Positions 36,965 to 45,734 of a stretch of DNA of 59,298 nucleotides are shown here, one piece after another; the stretch's first letter is position 1; each line of letters starts with the position of its first letter. The position numbers and the translations under genes were made by a program. The stretch covers positions 1-59,298 of the forward strand of contig CAZRHU010000002.1 of NCBI GenBank assembly GCA_964600085.1. The letters are read 5' to 3'. The stretch comes from an uncultured Candidatus Saccharibacteria bacterium (lineage in GTDB: Bacteria; Patescibacteriota; Minisyncoccia; JACQLN01; CAZPCT01). The notes under the pieces are model-generated. The model saw only the letters and a list, made by a program, of their open reading frames with translations, was not told where the DNA came from and did no database searches.

Positions 36965-37471
36965 TTATTTCTTAAGCAGAAACTTTTTACCCTTCCCTAT
37001 GTCGGTAAAGTCATCAGCTACGTCTTCTAATTTTCCCGAAGCACTCTTTTGAAAAGCCATAACCTCTACTTGAAGACCTCGATTATACTTTAGATATTCA
37101 ACCAGAGGTATAAAATCACCGTCGCCAGTAACAAGAACAATGGCATCTAATTGATCTGCTAGTCTGGCGGCATCTACAGCTATTCCTACGTCCCAGTCTC
37201 CTTTTTTTACTCCTCCGGGAAAGATCTGTAGATCTTTAACACGCATCTCTATACCTATTCTGGTTAAGGCATCAAAAAAAGCTCTCTCTTCCTCGGTCTC
37301 TGTTCGGACAACGTAAGCAATTGTTCTTATTAATTTTCTATTTCCAACTGCTTGTTTTAAAACTTCTTTAAAATTAACCCTAGCTCCATAGAGGTGCTTA
37401 GCTGAGTGGTATAGGTTTTGAACGTCAATTAAAACGCCAACTCTTTGTTCTTTATGTTTAACTACGGACAT
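36965..37471 (-). CDS. NYN/LabA-like (DUF88) putative ribonuclease
   Basis: VGVLIDVQNLYHSAK and VLVTGDGDFIPLV motifs. Located between rpsO and pnp. Confidence 0.75.
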   Translation of the reverse strand: MSVVKHKEQRVGVLIDVQNLYHSAKHLYGARVNFKEVLKQAVGNRKLIRTIAYVVRTETEEERAFFDALTRIGIEMRVKDLQIFPGGVKKGDWDVGIAVDAARLADQLDAIVLVTGDGDFIPLVEYLKYNRGLQVEVMAFQKSASGKLEDVADDFTDIGKGKKFLLKK

Positions 37472-37477
37472 AATTAA

Positions 37478-37526
37478 CTTTTAGCTTTCAGCTATCAGCT
37501 TCTGAAAAATTATTAAAAGCTAAAAG
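37478..37526 (-). promoter_or_regulatory. long intergenic hairpin between rpsO and the NYN gene
   Basis: 11-bp stem CUUUUAGCUUU / AAAGCUAAAAG enclosing an inner AGCUGAUAGCU hairpin. The position is analogous to the rpsO-pnp leader hairpin of other bacteria. Confidence 0.5.
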
Positions 37527-37540
37527 CCGGAAACTGATTT

Positions 37541-37810
37541 TTATTTCTTTAATCCTAGATTCTTAACAATCTTAGTATATCTTTTTTCGTCGTCTTTTTT
37601 TAGAAACTCAAGAAGTTTTTTACGACGAGACACCATCTTTAAAAGACCCCGACGGGAGTGGTTGTCTTTGGGGTGTTTTTTTAGATGCTTGGCTAATTGT
37701 TCAATTTCTTTAGTTATAAGAGCGATTTGAACATCAGCTGATCCAGTATCTTTTTTATGAACCTGGTTTTCAGATATTATTTTATTTTTTTGTCTTATCT
37801 TTAAAGCCAT
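37541..37810 (-). CDS. rpsO: 30S ribosomal protein S15
   Basis: 89 aa. GSADVQIALITKEIEQLAKHLKKHPKDNHSRRGLLKMVSRRKKLLEFL matches the S15 family. Confidence 0.95.
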   Translation of the reverse strand: MALKIRQKNKIISENQVHKKDTGSADVQIALITKEIEQLAKHLKKHPKDNHSRRGLLKMVSRRKKLLEFLKKDDEKRYTKIVKNLGLKK

Positions 37811-37902
37811 ATTTTTACTTTTTATAGTTACTTTATAGTATCACTAATGTCGTTTTTGGGCAAGATTATATATTTTGCGACGTATGATGTATAATAGTAT
37901 AT

Positions 37903-38838
37903 ATGCTAAAAAATCTTTTAAAAGACTATCTTGATTACTTAGAGATAGAAAAAAATCGTTCTATAAAGACGGTTGAGAACTATAAAAGATACCTCAGTCA
38001 TTTCTTAGATTGGGCTAAGGTCTCTAAGCCCAGAGAGATAAACGACGATTTGGTTCGGAAGTATAGAATATATTTAAATAGGGAGGGAGGAAGAGATAAA
38101 AAACCCCTAAAGAAAATAACCCAGAACTACTATATTATAGCTTTGAGGGGGTTTTTAAAATACTTAACCAAGAGAAAGATGGATTCTTTAGCTCCCGAAA
38201 GAGTAGAACTCGCCAAGACCTCAGAGAGAGATATAGATTTTTTAGAAGTAGAAGAAGTGGAAAGATTATTATCTTCTCCAGACACTACTAACTTGAGAGG
38301 TCTTCGCGATAAGGCGATATTAGAGACTCTCTTCTCTACCGGGCTCAGAGTCTCAGAGATTTGCGGTTTAGACAGGGACTCAATAAATTTTAAACGCAAT
38401 GAATTTTCTATTAGGGGTAAGGGTGATAAGGTAAGAGTTGTTTTTTTATCTGAAAGAGCTAAAAAAGCGCTAAAGGAATATCTAGACAAAAGAATTGACA
38501 TTGATGAAGCTTTGTTTATAAGAGTGTTAAGAGGTAATTCTTTCGGCGAAGGGTCTTCTTCATCAGATCTTCGATTAACACCCCGTTCTATTCAGCGTCT
38601 AATAAAAAAATATGCCACCAAGGCCGGATTAATAAAAGACATTCATCCTCACACCTTAAGACATAGTTATGCCACCGATCTTTTACGAAATGGTGCTGAT
38701 CTTCGCTCTGTCCAAGCTTTACTGGGACATTCTAATATTACCACTACTCAAATTTATACCCACGTTACAGACAAGCAGCTCCGCGAAGTTCACCAAAGGT
38801 TTCATAGTAAAAAAAGAAAAATTAATAACTCTAACTAA
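37903..38838 (+). CDS. xerC: XerC/XerD-type tyrosine recombinase
   Basis: N-terminal SAM-like domain. Catalytic residues are present: R (TGLRVSE), HTLRHSYAT and [15 protein letters not shown]. Confidence 0.85.
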   Translation: MLKNLLKDYLDYLEIEKNRSIKTVENYKRYLSHFLDWAKVSKPREINDDLVRKYRIYLNREGGRDKKPLKKITQNYYIIALRGFLKYLTKRKMDSLAPERVELAKTSERDIDFLEVEEVERLLSSPDTTNLRGLRDKAILETLFSTGLRVSEICGLDRDSINFKRNEFSIRGKGDKVRVVFLSERAKKALKEYLDKRIDIDEALFIRVLRGNSFGEGSSSSDLRLTPRSIQRLIKKYATKAGLIKDIHPHTLRHSYATDLLRNGADLRSVQALLGHSNITTTQIYTHVTDKQLREVHQRFHSKKRKINNSN

Positions 38839-39826
38839 GCCCCATTGCTCTCTTGGCATCCCCCAAAGTTTTTTGAGCTTCTCTTCGAGCTTTTTTTGTT
38901 CCCTCAAATAAAATTTTGTTAATTATTTCTGGCTCTTTTTCTAACTCTACTCTCCTTTTCCTTATTGGATCCAGGAAAGAATTTATACTCTTGGCTAATT
39001 TTTCTTTTACCTCGACGTCTCTAATACTTCCTTCTCGATATCTTTTTTTAAGGTCTTTTAGTTCTTCTTTATCAGAATTAAAAGATTCGTGGTATATAAA
39101 CACGGGATTGCCCTCTACCTTCCCCGGCTCATCACCGTGAATTCGATTGGGGTCCGTGTACATTTTTGAAACTTTTTTTTCCACTTCTTCTTTTGAGTCG
39201 GATAAGTATATAGCGTTATTTAGAGATTTAGACATTTTAGCTTTACCATCCGTTCCAACTAAGGTTCCCGACTCTTTTGGTATTAAGGAATTTGGTTCAG
39301 GAAAAGTCTCGCCATATAATCTGTTAAAATTTCTGGTTATTTTTCTAGCCAACTCAATATGGGATTCTTGATCTTTTCCAACGGGCACGAGATTAGCTTT
39401 TACCATTAGTATATCGGCGGTTTGAAGAACGGGGTAAGACAACAATCCTAGAGAGGGATTTTTTATATTATTATCCCGCATAACATCTTTTAACGTGGGA
39501 ATGCGCTCAACTTCACTAGTAGAGATAACCATAGATAGCAAGAGCGAAAGATATGCTACTTCTGGAACCTCGGATTGAATGTAAAAAGTGACCTTGTTGG
39601 GGTCCAAGCCAACAGATAGATAATCTATGATCATCTGATGACTATACATTTTTATCTTTTCCACCTCTTGCTTATTCGGCTTGGTGGTTAAAGAATGAAT
39701 GTCAGCAACTAAAACAAACATCTCATACTCTTCTTGGAGTTTTATGCGATTTTTGAGTGTTCCTATATAATGACCTAGATGAAGCAGGCCTGTCGGTCTG
39801 TCACCTGTAAGTATTCTTTTTTTCAT
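38831..39826 (-). CDS. trpS: tryptophanyl-tRNA synthetase
   Basis: HIGH-type LHLGHYIG and a KMSKS motif. 331 aa. Confidence 0.95.
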   Translation of the reverse strand: MKKRILTGDRPTGLLHLGHYIGTLKNRIKLQEEYEMFVLVADIHSLTTKPNKQEVEKIKMYSHQMIIDYLSVGLDPNKVTFYIQSEVPEVAYLSLLLSMVISTSEVERIPTLKDVMRDNNIKNPSLGLLSYPVLQTADILMVKANLVPVGKDQESHIELARKITRNFNRLYGETFPEPNSLIPKESGTLVGTDGKAKMSKSLNNAIYLSDSKEEVEKKVSKMYTDPNRIHGDEPGKVEGNPVFIYHESFNSDKEELKDLKKRYREGSIRDVEVKEKLAKSINSFLDPIRKRRVELEKEPEIINKILFEGTKKARREAQKTLGDAKRAMGLS

Positions 39827-39850
39827 ATTTTATTTTTTAATTTATCTATG

Positions 39851-39922
39851 TGCTCCCGCTAGGATTCGAACCCAGAATTCGACGTCCGAAGCGTCGCGTG
39901 ATATCCGTTTCACCACAGGAGC
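39851..39922 (-). tRNA. tRNA-Arg (anticodon UCG)
   Basis: Hand-folded cloverleaf with acceptor GCUCCUG/CGGGAGC, anticodon loop CUUCGGA and T-loop UUCGAAU. Confidence 0.85.
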
Positions 39923-40000
39923 TAGAAAATTTACAACTATTGCTTTTTATATCGTATCCTGCTAACTTCTTATGGTCAATTATAACTCTTTTTTAAGGTA

Positions 40001-40029
40001 TTGACAACCATATAGATTTATGATAGAAT
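40001..40029 (+). promoter_or_regulatory. promoter TTGACA-N17-TAGAAT
   Basis: TTGACA at 40001-40006 and TAGAAT at 40024-40029. A leader hairpin plus T-run follows at 40033-40062. Confidence 0.55.
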
Positions 40030-40077
40030 AAAGCTATTCCTGGTAAGACGGGAATTTTTTTATTAATTAAGATAAAT

Positions 40078-40623
40078 ATGCGTAATTATTGGTCAAAAAC
40101 ACTAATATTACTAGTAATATTCAACATATTACTAACCCCTGCGTTTGCTTTAGCCAGTGAGGAAACCAGTTTTTTTGCTAGTATCGGCAGTCTCTTAAGG
40201 GGAGGTTTTATTATTAATAATCTCTTTAAGTTTTCAGAAGAGAGTAGTAATATTCCCACAGTTCAGTTTAATGCTTTAGTAGCCCAAAATAAACCAGGTC
40301 TTGCTTATACTCCACTGTCGGACAACTATGACGTTTTCACAGTTACCATAACTGCCTATTCTTCTAGTGTAGACGAGACTGATGATACGCCCTTTATAAC
40401 TGCTTCTGGTAGTAGAACGCGTGATGGTGTGGTTGCTGCTAACTTTTTACCTTTTGGAACCAGGGTTAAAATTCCCGAACTCTTCGGCGATAAAACTTTT
40501 ATTGTTGAGGATAGAATGCATAGACGTTTCTCTGATCGTATGGATATATGGTTTCCTTCTAAATGGGAGGCTAAACAATTTGGTCGCCAAACAGCTCAAA
40601 TTATTGTCTTTAACGAAGGATAA
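40078..40623 (+). CDS. 3D-domain (MltA/RlpA-like double-psi barrel) cell-wall protein
   Basis: Signal/TM N-terminus. VTITAYSSSVDETDDTPFITASGSRTRDGVVAAN..GTRVKIP..FIVEDRM matches the 3D domain with its three conserved Asp. Confidence 0.8.
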   Translation: MRNYWSKTLILLVIFNILLTPAFALASEETSFFASIGSLLRGGFIINNLFKFSEESSNIPTVQFNALVAQNKPGLAYTPLSDNYDVFTVTITAYSSSVDETDDTPFITASGSRTRDGVVAANFLPFGTRVKIPELFGDKTFIVEDRMHRRFSDRMDIWFPSKWEAKQFGRQTAQIIVFNEG

Positions 40624-40632
40624 ACACAAAAA

Positions 40633-40665
40633 ACAATACGACCCCCGGGGTCGTATTGTTTTTTG
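40633..40665 (+). terminator. intrinsic terminator
   Basis: ACAATACGACCCC-CGGGGTCGTATTGT followed by TTTTT. Confidence 0.8.
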
Positions 40666-40704
40666 TGGACTAGCTCTTTTTGTTTTGATATTATTTCTTT
40701 ACAA

Positions 40705-40779
40705 GTCCCCGTAGTTCAATGGATAGAACGAGAACCTCCTAAGTTCTAGATCTAGGTTCGACTCCTAGCGGGGACACCA
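40705..40779 (+). tRNA. tRNA-Arg (anticodon CCU), CCA encoded
   Basis: Acceptor GUCCCCG/CGGGGAC, anticodon loop CUCCUAA, T-loop UUCGACU, 3' ACCA. Confidence 0.85.
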
Positions 40780-40807
40780 AGACTAAATACATGTTATTAT
40801 TAATTAT

Positions 40808-41137
40808 ATGGAAACCATCTCTTTTGAGGATTTTAAAAAATTAGATATTCGGATAGGAGTCATAGTTTCTGCCGAAAAGATAGAGGGCACAGATAAACTT
40901 CTAAAGCTTACGGTTGATCTGGGTGACAAAGATCACAGAGTGGTAGTAGCCGGAATAGCTAAGAGCCACAGCCCAGAAGATTTAAGGGGCAAACAGATTC
41001 CTATGGTTGTTAACCTGGAACCAAGAAAATTAAGGGGAGTTGAAAGTCAGGGTATGATCTTAGCAGCTGTTGTAGATGGAAAAGCTGTTTTATTAAGCCC
41101 CGATAACGATGTTCCACAAGGAACAAAAGTAAGTTAA
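40808..41137 (+). CDS. tRNA-binding (EMAP/CsaA/YgjH-like) OB-fold protein
   Basis: FKKLDIRIGVIVSAEKIEGTDKLLKLTVDLG..VVAGIA..NLEPRKLRGVESQGMILA is typical of the tRNA_bind domain. Confidence 0.85.
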   Translation: METISFEDFKKLDIRIGVIVSAEKIEGTDKLLKLTVDLGDKDHRVVVAGIAKSHSPEDLRGKQIPMVVNLEPRKLRGVESQGMILAAVVDGKAVLLSPDNDVPQGTKVS

Positions 41138-41198
41138 CCAGTTTCATTAAAACAAATTGTTTTTATGTTTTAATGCTTTAATGTTTTTGTAAGATATT

Positions 41199-42272
41199 AT
41201 GCACAATCAAGCGACACCTAATTCTAACCCAGTGGTAAACGCTATTAAAAAGGTACAGAACTCTGTGGTTAGTGTTGTGGTTACTAAAGAGATCCCAGAC
41301 GATTTATTAAAAAAATTACCTCTTACTAATCCTAGTGGCTTACCTTTTCCACAAGTGCCGAAACAAGATAGGGAAAATAAAATACCTCATGACCACGAAA
41401 GAGTTCAGGTGGGTGGTGGTTCTGGTTTTATAATCTCAAAAGACGGTTTAATTCTAACCAATAAACACGTTGTTCGTGATCCAACCGCTACTTATTCAGT
41501 TGTTTTGAATAGTGAGAATGTTTTACCCGCTAAGATAATATCCAGGGATCCAATAAACGACATAGCCGTCTTAAAGATAGAATCAGAAGAAGATCTTCCG
41601 GTAGCTCCTTTAGGATCTTCTTCTAGTCTTCAGCTTGGCGACACTCTTATTGCTATTGGTAATGCTCTTGGCACTTTTAGAAACACTGTTTCAGTCGGCG
41701 TTGTCTCTGGTCTTTCTCGTTTTCTATCTGCTCACGATGGCATTGCTGGAACAGTCGCTCATCTTCGAGGATTGATACAGACGGATGCCGCTATAAATCC
41801 AGGTAATTCGGGCGGGCCCTTGGTTGGAGTAGATGGCAAAGCGGTCGGCATTAGTGTGGCTACTGTTATGGGAGCAGAAAATATAGGTTTTGCCATACCC
41901 ATAGATTCTGCCAAGAAAGATCTAGAAGATATTAAAAAGTACGGTTATATTAGAAAACCCTTCTTGGGTGTTCGCTATCTCATCTTAAATGAAAAAATTA
42001 AAGACCGCTTGGGTTTAGAAATAGAAAAGGGCGCTTATATAATCGCTGAAGATGTCCCTGGGGATGAGGCGGTTGTAGAAGGAAGTCCGGCGCACAAGGC
42101 TGGACTTAGAGAAGAAGATATAATCATAGATTTTAATGGTCAAAAGATAGATGAAAAGATAACTCTCCAAGATGTTTTAGAGAAGTGCGAAGTGGGTCAA
42201 GAAGTAAAAGTGAGGTTTTTAAGAAAAGGACAAGAAGACGAGGTTACTATTAAATTAACAGAGCGAACTTAA
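41199..42272 (+). CDS. htrA: HtrA/DegP-family serine protease with one PDZ domain
   Basis: Catalytic H (TNKHVV), D (NDIAVLKI) and S (GNSGGPL), with a C-terminal PDZ. No signal or TM is seen at the annotated N-terminus. Confidence 0.9.
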   Translation: MHNQATPNSNPVVNAIKKVQNSVVSVVVTKEIPDDLLKKLPLTNPSGLPFPQVPKQDRENKIPHDHERVQVGGGSGFIISKDGLILTNKHVVRDPTATYSVVLNSENVLPAKIISRDPINDIAVLKIESEEDLPVAPLGSSSSLQLGDTLIAIGNALGTFRNTVSVGVVSGLSRFLSAHDGIAGTVAHLRGLIQTDAAINPGNSGGPLVGVDGKAVGISVATVMGAENIGFAIPIDSAKKDLEDIKKYGYIRKPFLGVRYLILNEKIKDRLGLEIEKGAYIIAEDVPGDEAVVEGSPAHKAGLREEDIIIDFNGQKIDEKITLQDVLEKCEVGQEVKVRFLRKGQEDEVTIKLTERT

Positions 42273-42280
42273 TCTGAAGA

Positions 42281-42315
42281 AAAAAACTCCCCCGCTGAAG
42301 GCGGGGGAGTTTTTA
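42281..42315. terminator. bidirectional intrinsic terminator
   Basis: AAAAAACTCCCCCGC-TGAA-GGCGGGGGAGTTTTT. Confidence 0.8.
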
Positions 42316-42331
42316 TTTTCTAGAACTCAGA

Positions 42332-42718
42332 TTAAGCTGTTGGCGGTGTTGGCGGTGTTGCCGGGCCAGTCATTTGGTTTTTCTTACCGAATCCTGCCCA
42401 AAGACCCCACAAGCCAGCTACCAAGTGTACAACATTAGCTACTAGACCATTGTCTAGGGTTATAGCGTCCATAACTCCTGGCAGAATAAATCCTAGAAGA
42501 CCACCAAGAACAAAGATGACGCCAAACCACTGAGCGTATTTTTTGGTACCTTTTCCAGCGAAACCAAGCCAGACACCTAAAATACCAGCGACAATAAACA
42601 ACCAGGTCTGAAGAGCGCCAGCGCTTAGGGCGATACCAAGAAAACTGCCGGTAAAGAGGCCAATAATACCCCAAATAAGTAGAATTACACCGACAATTAC
42701 TGCATATGTTTTAGCCAT
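42332..42718 (-). CDS. four-TM membrane protein, GC-rich gene, unknown
   Basis: 128 aa, Gly/Leu/Trp-rich helices and a Pro/Thr C-terminal tail. Markedly higher G+C than its surroundings. Confidence 0.65.
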   Translation of the reverse strand: MAKTYAVIVGVILLIWGIIGLFTGSFLGIALSAGALQTWLFIVAGILGVWLGFAGKGTKKYAQWFGVIFVLGGLLGFILPGVMDAITLDNGLVANVVHLVAGLWGLWAGFGKKNQMTGPATPPTPPTA

Positions 42719-42847
42719 TAATACGTTGGTTTAGAAATTAATAATAAGAGCTCTTAAATAAAAGGTCGACCTTTTATTACCTTAATTATACCAAAGATGA
42801 AGAAATTTATCTTTTTTATGTATTGTGAATAACTTTATAATAAAAAT

Positions 42848-42871
42848 CGCCTCCGTCAGCTGACGGAGGCG
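42848..42871 (-). terminator. intrinsic terminator
   Basis: Perfect palindrome CGCCTCCGTCAGCTGACGGAGGCG, followed on the minus strand by AUUUUUAUUAU. Confidence 0.8.
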
Positions 42872-42884
42872 AAGAAGAGAACTA

Positions 42885-43058
42885 CTACTTATTCTTATAT
42901 TTTTCTTTGAGGCTCTCGATAGCGTTGAGCACATCAAGATCAAATACGGTGCCATCAATAGGATCCTCAACGAGAATTGCGAGAAAAAACTGCTTGAGCA
43001 TCTCTAAGCGAGTGTAGCGAGTTACATCAAGTGTAACCCTTTCGCGTTGGAAGGTCAT
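42885..43058 (-). CDS. 57-aa protein of unknown function (second gene of GC-rich cassette)
   Basis: MTFQRERVTLDVTRYTRLEMLKQFFLAILVEDPIDGTVFDLDVLNAIESLKEKYKNK. It starts 10 nt after the upstream stop and is followed by the terminator. Confidence 0.5.
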   Translation of the reverse strand: MTFQRERVTLDVTRYTRLEMLKQFFLAILVEDPIDGTVFDLDVLNAIESLKEKYKNK

Positions 43059-43068
43059 TTGTCTTTCT

Positions 43069-43482
43069 TTACATTCCCGAGAATTCGTCGAGGAAGTCAA
43101 AGATGGTCGGTGGTCTTTGATTTGACCATACCACCTGCCAATTTTCTCTGATTCCGACGATCTCTTCCCATACGTTGAATTCTTCGCGCAGAGAAACCCA
43201 GAAGATATCCATTATAAGATCTGCGTAGATCTTGAAGCGAAAGGCCTCTAAGGCTTTCACCTTACCTTCATCTGTATTTAGACCAGCGTACTTAGCCGCA
43301 ATTAAAACTTCCTCGGTTTTTCGACGATAGAGACGTCCTAAACCGAATAGCTTACGGCATCTTTCATCTTCAACGACACCAACAACGTGGTCACCATCTT
43401 CGATTTCGAAGTGGGGGTGGCCCAGCTCAGCAAGTTGGTAGTTGTCGAGCCTTTGCTGGATGGAATCCAGTAGAGTAGACAT
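43069..43482 (-). CDS. 137-aa protein of unknown function (first gene of GC-rich cassette)
   Basis: The start is reset to MSTLLDS because GGAGGAG lies 6 nt upstream. No motif recognised. G+C and codon choice are atypical for the window. Confidence 0.6.
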   Translation of the reverse strand: MSTLLDSIQQRLDNYQLAELGHPHFEIEDGDHVVGVVEDERCRKLFGLGRLYRRKTEEVLIAAKYAGLNTDEGKVKALEAFRFKIYADLIMDIFWVSLREEFNVWEEIVGIRENWQVVWSNQRPPTIFDFLDEFSGM

Positions 43483-43530
43483 ACTTCTCCTCCTTTTGGC
43501 TTGTTTTGAGTTACAAAAGAACTTTTGGTT

Positions 43531-43559
43531 ATGATATAAAAAACAGTGGAATATGTCAA
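43531..43559 (-). promoter_or_regulatory. promoter TTGACA-N17-TATCAT for the two-gene cassette
   Basis: Reverse complement of 43554-43559 is TTGACA; reverse complement of 43531-43536 is TATCAT. Confidence 0.55.
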
Positions 43560-43598
43560 TACCTCTACACAACACGTCGAGAGAGGCTGATTTACAAA

Positions 43599-43627
43599 CA
43601 AAGCGCAACATCGGGTGTTGCGCTTTG
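43599..43627 (-). terminator. intrinsic terminator of the NYN gene
   Basis: CAAAGCGCAACA-N5-TGTTGCGCTTTG (12-bp arms), followed on the minus strand by a U-rich tract (UUUGU). Confidence 0.65.
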
Positions 43628-43655
43628 CAAAGATAAGGTTAGAATTTATTTTATA

Positions 43656-44231
43656 TTAGTTAAGTAATGTCGGCTCCTTAAATTGATCTATGTCTTCGGG
43701 GGCTAGTAATCTAGAGAAATCAGCAACCTTTTGCATTCCCAATGACGGCGAGTGAGAAAAACCAACATATTCAATTCTTTTATTTCTATACTTAATATAT
43801 TTTAATGCAGGGATAAGGTCTGTATCGGAACTTACTATAATTGCTGTATCGTAAAAATCATCGACAGCACCAATTACTAGGTCAACGGCAATTTTTACAT
43901 CTGTGCCCTTTTCTCTAATCTTTCCTCTATCATACATAACCCTGCCTCTCTTTATTATAAATCCTTCATTTTCTATTTTTGCTAGAAATTTCTGTTGACC
44001 CCTGACTATTCGTTTACTTTTTTCTTTACCATCCAGATTTCTTGCGATACCAACATAATATCTTTTAGATGTTAGATTTCTTTTCTTAACTAAAAAATCT
44101 ATAAATTTACTGTGATCAAACTTGGTACCTTTCGGGAATTCTATCTCTTTGTCCTTTAAATATCTAAAGAAGTTATTACCATCTATATAAACGGCCACTT
44201 TTTCTTTTTGTTTTCTTATAAACTTTTTCAT
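43656..44231 (-). CDS. NYN/LabA-like (DUF88) putative ribonuclease, second paralog
   Basis: VAVYIDGNNFFRYLK and AIIVSSDTDLIPALKYI motifs. Confidence 0.75.
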   Translation of the reverse strand: MKKFIRKQKEKVAVYIDGNNFFRYLKDKEIEFPKGTKFDHSKFIDFLVKKRNLTSKRYYVGIARNLDGKEKSKRIVRGQQKFLAKIENEGFIIKRGRVMYDRGKIREKGTDVKIAVDLVIGAVDDFYDTAIIVSSDTDLIPALKYIKYRNKRIEYVGFSHSPSLGMQKVADFSRLLAPEDIDQFKEPTLLN

Positions 44232-44361
44232 TATGACAATATTATATCATAAAACAAAAGAAAACTGCCCTTGCTTATACAAGCAGGGACAGTGATCATA
44301 ATAACTACAGTTTATATCTTTAATATCAACCTGTCAATCCTCTATACTACATATCGAGCTG

Positions 44362-44436
44362 GGTGGATGAGGGGTCTCGAACCCCCAACCTTCGCTGCCA
44401 CAGAGCGACGCTCTAACCAGTTGAGCTACATCCACC
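44362..44436 (-). tRNA. tRNA-His (anticodon GUG) with encoded G-1
   Basis: 8-bp acceptor GGUGGAUG/CAUCCACC including G-1:C73, and anticodon loop CUGUGGC. Confidence 0.85.
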
Positions 44437-44555
44437 ATAAGCTTCGTCTTTGACGAAGAAAGTTAAAATTACAAACTAAAAAATTCAGACAAATCTAAAA
44501 TCCTAAATACAAAATATCAAACCAGCGATAAAAAACAAGGGCTGGTTAATTAATC

Positions 44556-44804
44556 TTATTCTTCCATCTTATATACTACAGAACTGTCAGGGGCTTTCTC
44601 TGTTACCTCAAGACCGATAACATCACCCTTTTTAGCTTCTTCAACTTTGTCGTGCTCTATTTGCATCGACTTCACCTCTTGTTCAAAGTCGTGAGTTCCT
44701 CCTTGTATCTTTATTTTATCTCCAACCTTGATAGAGCCAGAAAGTTTTATAATGGCGACGTTAATTTTACCGTAGTAGTGGGTTACTTTACCTATTTCTT
44801 TCAT
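44556..44804 (-). CDS. small beta-barrel protein resembling EF-Tu domain 2
   Basis: 82 aa. GKVTHYYGKINVAIIKLSGSIKVGDKIKIQG....GDVIGLEV is a pattern seen in translation-factor domain II-like stand-alone proteins. Confidence 0.5.
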   Translation of the reverse strand: MKEIGKVTHYYGKINVAIIKLSGSIKVGDKIKIQGGTHDFEQEVKSMQIEHDKVEEAKKGDVIGLEVTEKAPDSSVVYKMEE

Positions 44805-44879
44805 AGTTATGAGTTATGAATTAAGAATCAGTAATTATGAGCCGACCTTTTAAAAATTGTAAATTGATAATTCTTCTAG

Positions 44880-44951
44880 TACCCCGAGAGGGAATCGAAC
44901 CCCCATCCGCGGCTTAGAAGGCCGCTGTTCTATCCGTTGAACTATCGGGGC
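44880..44951 (-). tRNA. tRNA-Arg (anticodon UCU)
   Basis: Acceptor GCCCCGA/UCGGGGU (G1-U72), anticodon loop CUUCUAA, T-loop UUCGAUU. Confidence 0.8.
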
Positions 44952-45023
44952 GGATGCTTGTTTTATACCAAAATCTAGCTTTAAAGTAAATAAAGATATA
45001 CTTATTGTGATAAAATAAAATTA

Positions 45024-45422
45024 ATGCCAAAGAAAAAAACAAAAGAGATTTTAAATTCTGATGTTTGGACCGTTTTCCTATTTTCACTTCCTATTGGAGC
45101 AGCTTTTTACTATGGCTTGTATATTTTTGGTGGCCTTATAACTCTCTCTACTATCTCCTCTTTATTTTTTCACCTCTCAGGAGAGAAAAAATACTATCTT
45201 CAAGACAGAATATTGGCCACTACGGTTATTTTAGGGAACGTAATATTCTGTATCGCTGGTGGTTTCAGACCGCTAAAGTATCTCTTGGCAGTTGTGATTT
45301 TTTCTTTTTTGGCTATTTATTACTACAATAAAGGAGAGATAAATTATACTCGCGATCATGCTCTATGGCACCTTTTTGGAGCTCTTATAACACTTTCGTG
45401 TATAATGATTTATGTAATTTGA
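45024..45422 (+). CDS. four-TM membrane protein, unknown
   Basis: 132 aa with four hydrophobic helices. Confidence 0.55.
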   Translation: MPKKKTKEILNSDVWTVFLFSLPIGAAFYYGLYIFGGLITLSTISSLFFHLSGEKKYYLQDRILATTVILGNVIFCIAGGFRPLKYLLAVVIFSFLAIYYYNKGEINYTRDHALWHLFGALITLSCIMIYVI

Positions 45423-45465
45423 GTTAATACTTGACTTGAGTTATTGTAAAAGCTAATATCAGAAC

Positions 45466-45730
45466 ATGGCTAAAGAGATAACAAAAAAAGACTTAAAAGA
45501 AACAACCTCAACTATAATTGAGGCGATGGACTTTCGATTTAAGAGAATGGAAAAAAGAATGGGTTCTTTTGAAGAAAAGTTAGATAATCTAGCAACTCTA
45601 CTAAATAAATTTCTGAAACGTTTTACTGATTTTGAGGACGAATTTACTATATTGAAATATATTGAAAGCAGAAGTTAGAGAATTAAAAAAAGTCATTAAA
45701 GATAAATTGGGCGTAGAGATAAAAACTTAA
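45466..45730 (+). pseudogene. small coiled-coil protein gene disrupted by a 10-bp tandem duplication
   Basis: TATATTGAAA occurs at 45648-45657 and again at 45658-45667. Deleting one copy fuses ..EFTILK to AEVRELKKVIKDKLGVEIKT, ending at 45730, 4 nt before the cupin gene. Confidence 0.5.
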
Positions 45731-45734
45731 AAGC

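Noticed and set aside
37903-39922. Tyrosine recombinase next to tRNA-Arg as an integrase marking an integrated element.
   Set aside because: The protein has XerC/XerD-type length and motifs. The surrounding genes (rpsO, trpS) are housekeeping, composition is native, and no att-like direct repeat of the tRNA 3' end was seen.
40033-40062. Leader hairpin plus T-run between the promoter and the 3D-domain gene, as a possible riboswitch (c-di-AMP-type control is known for such genes).
   Set aside because: Only about 45 nt are available, which is too short for a known aptamer. It is treated as a simple attenuator-like hairpin at most.
42435-42674. Alternative-frame 79-aa ORF, and the 43338-43601 ORF, in the GC-rich island.
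   Set aside because: They overlap better-supported frames that have an SD, hydrophobic periodicity and terminators. They are Arg/Trp/Ser-rich, which is typical of off-frame GC-rich sequence.
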